A DNA stretch of 64,000 nucleotides from Candidatus Cloacimonadales bacterium (GTDB lineage: Bacteria; Cloacimonadota; Cloacimonadia; Cloacimonadales; JAFGVF01), in contig OY759729.1 in NCBI GenBank assembly GCA_963662585.1, positions 1,632,001 to 1,696,000 on the forward strand, read 5' to 3'. A program made the position numbers and the translations under genes. The notes below the pieces were generated by a model. It made no database searches. It was not told the DNA's origin and was given only the letters and a program-made list of their open reading frames with translations. Of the stretch, positions 33,201-42,324 are shown one piece after another. Positions within the stretch are counted from its first letter, which is position 1. Each line of letters begins with the position of its first letter.

Positions 33201-33957
33201 TACTAATCTACAAAAAGCCAGCCTCCCAGAAAGCCCTAATTACATGAATAGAATTAATAATAATGATTATTTTGGCTTCACTAATGCTAGAATTGCAAAA
33301 CTAAACATTAACTCCTTAAGTGATAAAAATTATTTTGATTTTTTCTATCCAAAGGGTTATATTATTGTTTCTCTTTTCCAAGCTCAAGATACTAGTAAAT
33401 ATAATGATAAGTCAGAGTGGTTAGATGATATGGCTCAAAGAACAAGTGAAATGCAAACATTTCTTAGAAATTCCGGCTATTATTACACTCAAGTTTTAGC
33501 AGAATATTCTTATGGTCCTCTAACACCAACAAATCCACCTGTAAAACAGATAAATTATATTATCTTTAATTATAAGTTCGCTTCAAAAAATCAACCTCTT
33601 GATGAATTTTTTGATTTTGGTAAAAAAATATGTGCTAAGAATCAGCAGTCTATCTTCCTCTATGTTCCTAGAGAAGAAGATTGTATTTTCCAAGAGCAGG
33701 CTTTTTCTTGTGCCTATATAGTGGACAGTGATGGAAAATTTAGGGACATTATAACATCAGAAAATATTATATCTGATATTGATAATTTTTTAAGCTTTCA
33801 AAGCAAGTATCAAGAAGCAAATTTAGATTCAGCATGCTTTGGAAAATATCTTAATGGCTTCCTATATTTCTTCAAAGAACCAGGAGGGGTTGCAGGCCAC
33901 TACATGAGAAGGGGTGAAGCTTATTGTAGAAAAATTAATCTAACTCATGAAGGATAA
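33190..33957 (+). CDS. Hypothetical protein, possibly phage SAM-lyase (T3 SAMase)-like fold
   Basis: Ordered motifs YIIVSLF, RTSEMQTFLR, AEY, KKICAKNQQSIFL, AYIVDSDG resemble T3 SAMase as recalled. Confidence 0.5.
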   Translation: MINSTNLQKASLPESPNYMNRINNNDYFGFTNARIAKLNINSLSDKNYFDFFYPKGYIIVSLFQAQDTSKYNDKSEWLDDMAQRTSEMQTFLRNSGYYYTQVLAEYSYGPLTPTNPPVKQINYIIFNYKFASKNQPLDEFFDFGKKICAKNQQSIFLYVPREEDCIFQEQAFSCAYIVDSDGKFRDIITSENIISDIDNFLSFQSKYQEANLDSACFGKYLNGFLYFFKEPGGVAGHYMRRGEAYCRKINLTHEG

Positions 33958-33963
33958 AAAAAC

Positions 33964-35379
33964 ATGTTAAGATATACAAACTGGGTTGGAGAAGGACATC
34001 CTGACTTTATCTGTGATATCATAATTGATAAGTTTACTGATATAATTGAAAAAAATAACCCTGGCAACAAATTCTCATTAGAGATTGACGCTATGTTATT
34101 AGGAGAAGATATTACAATTTGGGGACTTTCTACTACTCCCATCTCTCAAGATGACAAAGATGAACTATACAAATTTGTTATGGATAAATATCGTCATGCT
34201 AGCTATAGACTTCAGATAAAGATAAAATATGTAACTTCTATATTAAAATTACCTGAAGCTGAAGTAGATTTTTCGATTAGACAAAGTAGCTTTTATACTA
34301 ATCCTTTTGATTATGATTTAGCACATTTTATTTGGTATAGGTTAGGTGATGCTATTGGAGACAGAGTAGATATTCAAGTTGTAATCGATGACAAGCTATT
34401 TGACAGCTCTCAAGTGGTTGAAAGGGTTATTGTTAATGTTTTTACTAATCCATATTATCATCTAAAAGATACAGTCTTAGGAGTATTAAGACATTTTGCC
34501 AGCAGAACTAAAGTTGATTTCAAAGTTAAGGATATAATCATCAATGATATCTTAGAAGAAAATCCAAATGAATATGACTTTGATATGAAAATAGAAAAAG
34601 AAAAGATTGAAGCTGAAGAAAGGCAAAAGACTGAAGAGAAAGAGAAGTTTGCTTCACTTTCTCGCTATGAGAGATATCTGCTTAGAGAAAAAAAGAAGGC
34701 CTTAGACAAAGAAAATCAAACTCCACAAGTATTTAAAGAAATGGAAGCTAAAGCGGAAAAATTTAAGCATGAAATTGATGAACTAACTAGAAAAAAATAT
34801 GCTTATAAGGAAAGATATGAAGCTTTTGGCAGATCTAACAATAAACTTCATCAAGATTATTATGGGAACCTAAGAATTGTTGGTCCTAAAGCCCATGGGA
34901 GGATTTATGATTCTTTTAGGATTAAACTAACATATAATGATCTTTCAGACGAATTAATCCACCAAGAAGAATTAGATAGTATCTTGAATATCAGATTCCC
35001 TAGAAGAGGAAAAGCCTATTTGCATAATACAATTAATAAAAAGCATTTAGGTAAACTACCTAGGAATGATATTATTGCTTCAGATTTACGAGAAAGAGAA
35101 GATGATTCTCTTTGGGAACTTATCAATTTCATAGCTTGCCAACCCAGAGAAAGAGCTGTTAATGAGAGATTCGAAAGTTTTGAAGAAAAAGTTCATGAAC
35201 TTCAAGCTCAGGCTAAAGAAACAAGTCATGAAAAGACTGCTGAAGAAGAGATAATTGAGTTACTAAATGATCTAGAAGAAGCAAAAAATAGTAAGAACAG
35301 TTTAGAGGATGTTCCTATGGAAGATGATAGTGCCTCTAATGAGGAGAATAATTTTGATTGGGATTTATCCAAACTTTAA
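33964..35379 (+). CDS. Degenerate S-adenosylmethionine synthetase (MetK)-like protein with coiled-coil insertion
   Basis: VGEGHPDFICD (MetK VxEGHPDKxxD); GRSNNKLHQDYYG (MetK GLTGRKIIVDTYG). Confidence 0.7.
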   Translation: MLRYTNWVGEGHPDFICDIIIDKFTDIIEKNNPGNKFSLEIDAMLLGEDITIWGLSTTPISQDDKDELYKFVMDKYRHASYRLQIKIKYVTSILKLPEAEVDFSIRQSSFYTNPFDYDLAHFIWYRLGDAIGDRVDIQVVIDDKLFDSSQVVERVIVNVFTNPYYHLKDTVLGVLRHFASRTKVDFKVKDIIINDILEENPNEYDFDMKIEKEKIEAEERQKTEEKEKFASLSRYERYLLREKKKALDKENQTPQVFKEMEAKAEKFKHEIDELTRKKYAYKERYEAFGRSNNKLHQDYYGNLRIVGPKAHGRIYDSFRIKLTYNDLSDELIHQEELDSILNIRFPRRGKAYLHNTINKKHLGKLPRNDIIASDLREREDDSLWELINFIACQPRERAVNERFESFEEKVHELQAQAKETSHEKTAEEEIIELLNDLEEAKNSKNSLEDVPMEDDSASNEENNFDWDLSKL

Positions 35380-35401
35380 AAAAGATATTTAGGAGGAAAG
35401 C

Positions 35402-36157
35402 ATGCAAGAGGAATTAAAAATAAGGCCTATCCCCGATTGGCTAATGGCAGACAAGTTAACTTTTAATCTTGAGACTATTCTTGAAAATTCTCTCTACTAC
35501 CCTTGTAGTGGCTTTGATGGAGCTCCAATGAAGTATTTTGCTGGAAATGTTCATTCTTTTATCCATGCTGATTATGGTCGTAATCAAGAAGAATTTCAGA
35601 AGTCTCTTCATCAAGGCTTAAGAGGTTATCATTTGCTCCATAATGAAGCAATTAGTCAAAGGCAGTTAAGCCCAAAAGAGTGGAAGATTCTTGTCCAACC
35701 AGACCAGGAAGAGATAAAAAAAATGCATTTCTATAGAAGTTTTATGAGAAGACCTTTCGCCTACTGGGCAGTCTTTGAAAGAAGTCCCCTCTTCCCTACT
35801 AGTCATGGACCAAAGAGAATTTCATTAGTCCATATCTGTGGAGATGGAGCTTTTACCTATCAAGCTCTGTATCTTCAAAACAATATTGTACCTGCAATTT
35901 TAGCAGTAATTCAGCCTGGTCATGGATTTGGTGGAAATTATACTAATTACTATGATAATGAAAAATTATTTTATAGATCCGTAATATACAAAGATGAAGC
36001 TAAGTATTATCCTGATATTTTCGTAACAAACACCATGTTTCATGATTGGAATAAACACCAAAATTTACTAAAAAAGATTAACAGCAGAAATAGACTCAAA
36101 ATTTGGGAATTAGATAAAAGTATCCAAGACAAGAAAAGCAAGACATCAAGGAGTTAA
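35402..36157 (+). CDS. Putative class I methyltransferase-like protein, paralog 1
   Basis: LYYPCSGFDG followed by SFIHADY (motif I/II-like). Confidence 0.55.
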   Translation: MQEELKIRPIPDWLMADKLTFNLETILENSLYYPCSGFDGAPMKYFAGNVHSFIHADYGRNQEEFQKSLHQGLRGYHLLHNEAISQRQLSPKEWKILVQPDQEEIKKMHFYRSFMRRPFAYWAVFERSPLFPTSHGPKRISLVHICGDGAFTYQALYLQNNIVPAILAVIQPGHGFGGNYTNYYDNEKLFYRSVIYKDEAKYYPDIFVTNTMFHDWNKHQNLLKKINSRNRLKIWELDKSIQDKKSKTSRS

Positions 36158-36158
36158 A

Positions 36159-36932
36159 ATGTTAAATTCAATTGAGACAGCAACATATCCGGACTGGTTA
36201 AAATCTGAAACTTTTTCTTTTAATATTAAGAATCTGCTAAAAGATTCATGTTATTACCCAGCTAGTTGGTTTGATGGAAACCCTGTTAGATATTTAGCAG
36301 GTAATGTATATTCTTTCATCTATGTTGATTATAGATATTCAAGAGGCGATATTCATAGAGAAACCCAGCTAGGACTAAGAGGTTATAAATTAATTTATCA
36401 AGATGAGATTAGTGAAGATAGGCTAACACCTGCTGACTTATCCAGATTTGTAGAACCAGATTTTATAGACCCTAGTGAAAGAGTAGAGAAATTTAATGGT
36501 ATCACTAAGCAACTTATGAGAAATAGACCTTTTGCTATTTGGAATATATTTGAAAGAAAGGCAGATTTTACAGAAGAACATGGTCCCCTTAGATTATCAA
36601 TACTATTTCTCAAATTTGAAGGTGCTTTTGCCTATCAGGCACTTTATTTATATCATAAAATGACACCCTTAATCATGGCAGTTATTCAACCGGGAACTGG
36701 CTTTGGAGGTAATTGGACTTGCTTCTATCATGCTAATTCTATACTTTATAGATCGGTTCATTATCCTAAAGATGAAAACTTGCTTCCAAGTTACTTTGTT
36801 AGTAATTCTCAAAAATGGGAGGGTTATGATAGACTCATTGATAAACAAAATAGATTTATATTTCCTTATGAAGATAGGAAAAGAATCATGTACGATGGTT
36901 TTTTAGCTTTTTATAAAAGGAATAAGAATTGA
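36159..36932 (+). CDS. Putative class I methyltransferase-like protein, paralog 2
   Basis: YYPASWFDG, AGNVYSFIYVDY, GAFAYQALY, AVIQPGTGFGGN shared with the preceding gene. Confidence 0.55.
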   Translation: MLNSIETATYPDWLKSETFSFNIKNLLKDSCYYPASWFDGNPVRYLAGNVYSFIYVDYRYSRGDIHRETQLGLRGYKLIYQDEISEDRLTPADLSRFVEPDFIDPSERVEKFNGITKQLMRNRPFAIWNIFERKADFTEEHGPLRLSILFLKFEGAFAYQALYLYHKMTPLIMAVIQPGTGFGGNWTCFYHANSILYRSVHYPKDENLLPSYFVSNSQKWEGYDRLIDKQNRFIFPYEDRKRIMYDGFLAFYKRNKN

Positions 36933-37085
36933 CAGGAACAGTAATTAGGAACAACTGAGAACTAAGTGAATTCATCTTCACTTAAAACATTATAATGAAC
37001 AGTAAAGGAGCTGTTAAAATGGATAATAGAAAAGAATAGTAACAAAGAAATAGGTGTAAGAGAAATTTATATTAATGATAATTTT

Positions 37086-37583
37086 GGCTCAAGTTCAAGT
37101 CTGGTGGAAAAATGAATTTATAACGAAACAGTTTAGTTAATAATAATGGTTAAAATATCCCTGAAAGGGATTAATAGATTAGCCTGGGGTAAGATCCTAT
37201 ATGGATCGTCACCCCAGGCACAATATCCAAAAATACGCACATAACCCTGTAAGGGTTTAATAGAAGAGTAACTGATTTATATAATAAAACCTTTGTATAT
37301 ATGTTATTATTAAACCCTTACAGGGTTACACTTTTTATGCACATCATAACCCAGGGTTGCAATCCCTTCAGGATTTTACCCTGGGCTAATCTATTAATCC
37401 CCGCTGGGGATATAAGAATCATCCTTTGAGTCTTCGCAAAGCTACGCCCTCACAAGTCAGGATTAAGTCTTATTTAGCATAAAAACTTCTATCTCTTGTA
37501 TACTATAAACCCTAACTTACTGTAATGCAATAATAAGGTGCAACGAAATGCTTAATAATTTCCACCAGACTCGTACAAGAGCC
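37086..37583. mobile_element. Non-autonomous MITE carrying REP-like hairpins
   Basis: Imperfect TIRs GGCTCAAGTTCAAGTCTGGTGGAAA / TTTCCACCAGACTCGTACAAGAGCC; 8 bp duplication ATAATTTT at 37078-37085 and 37584-37591. Confidence 0.85.
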
Positions 37584-37658
37584 ATAATTTTGACTTTGAG
37601 AATTTTTTCGGATTTGATATTGATGATGACAAGTAATTACTTGCCATCTTTTATATTT

Positions 37659-39054
37659 TTACCATCCTGACTTAAAATATTTCCTCTTTTCAAGACCATT
37701 AAGTACACTCGTACAAGAATCCCAATCAATATTTGATACTTTTTGATTGTATCTTACTTCAAAAGGATTCTTATCAGGGACATTATTAATAACCTTTTTA
37801 GCTTCTTCAATTTCACCTTGTGCTACTTGAATCCATACATCTTCTAAAACATCTTGTAATTGTCCAAAAATACTTGTAATGTTTTTAAGTCGTTCTGAAA
37901 GTAGTTCATGAACTCTATCTTCCACTGAATCTTTATATCTCATATTGTAGAGAAGAACAGTATCATTAACTTGACCTATTCTTTGAATACGACCTTTTCT
38001 TTGTTCTAGTCTTGTTGGATTCCAAGGCAAGTCAAGATTAATTAAAGTTCCTAGGGTTTGTAAATTAAGGCCTTCTGATGCTGAATCTGTTCCAATCAAA
38101 ATCTTATATTTATGAGTTTTAACACCAAGTTTAATAGAGTCTTTAGATTCTCTCTTAAATTCTGAATTAAAGAAAATCCCAGATTTATCTCCACCAGCAT
38201 ACAATGCTATTTTATCATTAGGATATCTTTGGGATAGATTTTCTGCGACCCAATAAGCAGTATCAAAGTATTGTGAAAAAATTATAACCCCTTTTTCTTT
38301 CCACCCATTTTCTAATAGTTCAACAACTTTGTTAAACTTTGGATCTATTGCTTGATTAGAGTTTAAAGCATTAACGAATCCATTCAATAATTCTTTTTCT
38401 TTTATCGTTAAATCTTTCAGTTCACTATTTTGGTTTATTGTTGTTTCTACTTCTTAACTCTCATTTTCATCTTCAAAGTTATTAAAAGCATCACCCCATT
38501 CATCTAACATCTTTTGTCAGATCATCATTCTAGAGACTATCAAACTCTTCTTGGACCCAATCTACTGCTTCTTGTGAATTATCTTCCCAAGCTAATTCGT
38601 AATTGATTTTCCAGGCTGTTTTCGATTCATTAACGCTTCCTAAGAAGGAAGTTTTATCTCCATTTTCTAAAGTAATAACACCTGCTTTCCCGTGAATCAA
38701 TCCGAACTTATCATTAGGCAATACTCTAACTTGTAGTTTTCCAGATTTTAGAAACTCATAAAGTCTTTTAAATCTATTTCTTGCATTCTCTATTTCTTCA
38801 GGTTTACCTTCTCACCACTCTTTACGCATAGAGGCATTGGCTAATTTTGCAGTTCTTACATCTTCTGCTAGTAATTCAGAATTACACACAATTCTTATTT
38901 TGCCGGAAACAGATTCTAATGCTTCTCCAGCAACTTCAAAGATGCAACTTCTAAAAAATCCTGCAATCCTATCATAAGACTGTGCCTTGTTAAGTCTTGT
39001 TTTCAATAGAGAATCGGAAATCTATTCTCGTCTTGAGGAAAAACGCTTTATCAT
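37659..39054 (-). pseudogene. Decayed PLD-domain/SNF2-type helicase, anti-phage restriction-like family
   Basis: ATG at 39054 (MIKRFSSRR); YDRIAGFF; HGK...GSVNES; in-frame stops at 39022, 38812 and 38530; N-terminal ATPase lobe missing; C-lobe SEGLNLQ, DLPWNPTRLEQRKGRIQR. Confidence 0.85.
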
Positions 39055-39063
39055 TTTAACTTC

Positions 39064-39474
39064 CTAGTTTTTTTTAATATCTGTATCAAAAAGAACTTTC
39101 CAATATCCTTTCCTGTCAGAACCTATACGCTTGATTTGCTTTTGCTGTTGAAGTTTATTGATATTGCGTTCAATAGTTCGAGTAGAGACTCCTATCAAAT
39201 CAGACATCTCTGCAATAGTGAGATTGGCATTATGTTGAATTAAACCGATTATTTTCTCCGACGTCTTTTCACTCTTCTCCGACATAAACTCCGCTTTCTC
39301 CGACATTTTACCAGCATTTTCCGACATTCTAGTCTTTTCTCCGACAAAAGCTTTTTTTATGAACTGAATTTGTGTTGCATTTGAAGGTTCAAGAATCTTA
39401 AGCTCTAATTCTGGATAGTTTTTCATTTGCCTAGTTTGATAAATCGAGAGCATCATCTCTTTGGCTTTCATCAA
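39064..39474 (-). CDS. Winged-HTH fragment (Fic/RecG-C-terminal type), probably a remnant
   Basis: SEK repeats, then TIAEMSDLIGVSTRTIERNI...RIGSDRKGYW. Confidence 0.6.
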   Translation of the reverse strand: MMKAKEMMLSIYQTRQMKNYPELELKILEPSNATQIQFIKKAFVGEKTRMSENAGKMSEKAEFMSEKSEKTSEKIIGLIQHNANLTIAEMSDLIGVSTRTIERNINKLQQQKQIKRIGSDRKGYWKVLFDTDIKKN

Positions 39475-40260
39475 ATATGCTATCTCTGAGTTTTAATGCT
39501 TCTTTTATATTTTTCTTTAACACCTCCTATTCGTATTTTGCTTATAAATGCTATCAAGAATCATTTTATATTTCTCATAAGATTATAAGATCTCTACCTT
39601 ATTTTCAATATTCATTCTATATACACTTCTATTTTTAATATAATTAAATATTATTACTATTTGTTCTTAATATGTCAAGTAAAATCATCTATTTATTTTC
39701 CTCTTTAATATTCATAATTAACTTTTCTGTTTAACCCTATTATATTGACCAACTATTCTCTCTTTAAGTTGTAAAGAAGATAAATATATTTATCATGGTG
39801 CCTACTTTATTCATAAGTGGAGAAACATGGTCGCCTTTCAAGGGGAGTCTTTCTGCGTTGATATTTGAAACCTTTCCCCTTTTTAATTTAAAAATTAGTT
39901 TAAAATAAAAAAATATTAAATTGAAGATGGATAAAAAAAATCTTTTCATAATTTTAATTAGCTATTCTGATTTTGTTTAATCCATGTAATTAAGAAACTA
40001 TCATTATTCAAATATTTCAAATAAATCTATTATTAATCCTGAATTCAAGCTTGACACTTTTACCTCTTTGTATTCTTTTAGCATATATACCTCGTTTTTT
40101 ATAGTTTCGTTTATTTCCGTAAACAACTAAACTATAATCATATACGAGGTATTTTTATCAATATTTATTTTTATTTATTTTATTGTTACACAACAACTTA
40201 ATTCATGTCGAAAAGATTAGTTAATATATACTTTTCTCCTAAATTCTTCCTCCCTTCCTT

Positions 40261-40368
40261 CTCCTTATTTATCTGAAATATTAATTGAATTTTATTCAAA
40301 TTGATAGTTAATAATGGGCGGAAGACTAAGGGAAACTAGTTAATATCTAAGGGAATATAAATCTTTGC
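40261..40368 (+). repeat. Family A repeat, right border of the island
   Basis: Direct repeat of 30280-30388. Confidence 0.85.
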
Positions 40369-40373
40369 CAAGA

Positions 40374-41588
40374 TTATTTGGCTTTAATAATTGCTATTAT
40401 TTCTTGCTTATCCAAAAGGGGATTTTCTATCCAGACTTTCTTTGCTTCTTTGATATAAAAGGCTTTATCCTGATTGTTTCTCAATCTAAGAGCTTTGATA
40501 ACTTCTTTACCATTTAAGGGATAGTAGTTACTTTCAAAAAGATTTATCTTATCTTGAATTAATTGAGTATTATGAAATTCAGGATAATTTAATTTCAATA
40601 TTTCAAGGGCAAAAGGGAGAGTCTCTAAATTATGAAAAACAAAGTCATTTAGTTTATTTATTTTGTTAATTTGGAGTAACTTTTGAACATTGCTGGCAAT
40701 CTTCATTGCTTTTTTAGTTAATTTTTGGTTAATTCTGAGTCTGAAAATAGCCTTTTCCATCTCTGCCGTATCTTCCACAGGGATTGCTATAAGGGCTAAT
40801 CTAATAGTTAAATCTTCTGGATATAAATCAATATTTTCAACTAAGGACAGAACTTCTGTTTGTTTGATCTTTAGAGGGGAGAGAATATAAGCCATGACTC
40901 CGGTCTCAAAACAGAGTTTAAGAGATTTAGAGAAACCTTTCTTAAGAATCATATTAACAAATTCATCTTTAATTCTTTCTACGCTAATATGTTGGAGATA
41001 ATCGCGCCATTTAATAATACCCTGTAAAGTATCAGCTTCTATAGTAAAATCAAGTCTACCCGCAAATCTAATTGCCCGTAATATTCTTAAGGGATCCTCA
41101 TGAAAAATTATATCTGGATTAGCTGTAGATCTGATTAATTTGTTATCTAAATCTGATAAACCTGATTTCGTGATATCATAAATTTTCTTATTGCTAATAT
41201 TATAATAGAGGGCATTGATGGTGAAATCACGACGGTAAGCATCTTCTTCCAGTGAAGCAAAACCAACTTCAGGATGGCGACTTTTATCTTGATAACTCTC
41301 ATTTCTGGTCATAACAAATTCTACTTTATGACCTTTGATTAGAACCATTGCAGTTCCGAATCGTTTATAAACAACTGGTCTGTAACAGACTCTCTTTTTA
41401 TAAAGGAATGTTGCAAGTTTAACCCCACCGTCAGGTAAAGAAACCACAAAATCAAGATCATTTCTTTCATTTCCGAGAAGTAAATCTCTTACAAATCCAC
41501 CCACCAAGAAAGTATGATTAGCAAATTCAGTTCCTGATATTTTAGCTGAAATCAAATCTATGATTTTATCAAGTTCTTTGCTTTTCAT
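40374..41588 (-). CDS. CCA tRNA nucleotidyltransferase/poly(A) polymerase family
   Basis: VGGFVRDLLLG...DLD, RRDFTINAL, EDPLRILRAIRF. Confidence 0.92.
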   Translation of the reverse strand: MKSKELDKIIDLISAKISGTEFANHTFLVGGFVRDLLLGNERNDLDFVVSLPDGGVKLATFLYKKRVCYRPVVYKRFGTAMVLIKGHKVEFVMTRNESYQDKSRHPEVGFASLEEDAYRRDFTINALYYNISNKKIYDITKSGLSDLDNKLIRSTANPDIIFHEDPLRILRAIRFAGRLDFTIEADTLQGIIKWRDYLQHISVERIKDEFVNMILKKGFSKSLKLCFETGVMAYILSPLKIKQTEVLSLVENIDLYPEDLTIRLALIAIPVEDTAEMEKAIFRLRINQKLTKKAMKIASNVQKLLQINKINKLNDFVFHNLETLPFALEILKLNYPEFHNTQLIQDKINLFESNYYPLNGKEVIKALRLRNNQDKAFYIKEAKKVWIENPLLDKQEIIAIIKAK

Positions 41589-41593
41589 AAGCT

Positions 41594-42322
41594 TTATATT
41601 CTAAGACTCTCTTCCGCTTTAATTAAATCTTCTGGAGTGTCAATTCCGATTCCTCTATAATTAGTCTCAATCATTTTAATTTTATAACCATTTTCTAGAA
41701 ATCTTAATTGTTCTAATTTTTCGATTTCCTCTAACTTGCCCATAGGAAGATTAACAAATTCCAAAAGCGCTTCTTTTGTGTAAGCATATACTCCTACATG
41801 TTTATAATAACTAACACCTGATATATTATCTCTATTAAAAGGTATAGGAGAGCGAGAAAAGTAAAGGGCATGGTTATTTCTTCCACAAACGACTTTAACA
41901 TTGTTAGGATTATTAATATCAGCTATAGAATCTAACTTGTGCATTAATGAGGCAACGCTGATAGATTTGTCCTCAAAAGCCTGAATTAGCTCTGCAAGTG
42001 GTTCTGTTTTAATAAAGGGTTCATCACCCTGAACATTAATAATTAAGTCAAAATCACGCTCTTTTACGACTTCAGCAATTCTATCGCTACCGCTTTGATG
42101 TTTTTCAGAAGTTAAGACACACTCTGCTCCAAACTCTTTTACTCTTTTTTCAATAATCTCATTATCTGTAGCAATAATTACTGGCAAATTCAGGGCTTGC
42201 ACAGCTTCATAAACATGCTGAATAATTGGTTTATTCGCTAGAGAGACTAAGGGTTTTCCTGGGAAACGAGTTGAGGCAAATCTTGCTGGAATTACTATAA
42301 GAGCTTTGAGAATATTAGACAT
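41594..42322 (-). CDS. kdsB: CMP-Kdo synthetase
   Basis: IPARFASTRFPGKPL, NVQGDEP, LYFSRSPIP, EKLEQLR. Confidence 0.95.
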   Translation of the reverse strand: MSNILKALIVIPARFASTRFPGKPLVSLANKPIIQHVYEAVQALNLPVIIATDNEIIEKRVKEFGAECVLTSEKHQSGSDRIAEVVKERDFDLIINVQGDEPFIKTEPLAELIQAFEDKSISVASLMHKLDSIADINNPNNVKVVCGRNNHALYFSRSPIPFNRDNISGVSYYKHVGVYAYTKEALLEFVNLPMGKLEEIEKLEQLRFLENGYKIKMIETNYRGIGIDTPEDLIKAEESLRI

Positions 42323-42324
42323 AA

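Noticed and set aside
33964..35379. Calling this gene metK
   Set aside because: Key catalytic motifs are substituted, so the symbol is withheld
37019..37636. Small gene interrupted by the MITE
   Set aside because: The ATG with RBS stops after 6 codons; at most a decayed fragment
38812..38814. TGA as selenocysteine in the helicase
   Set aside because: The same gene has TAG/TAA stops and a deletion, so it is a pseudogene
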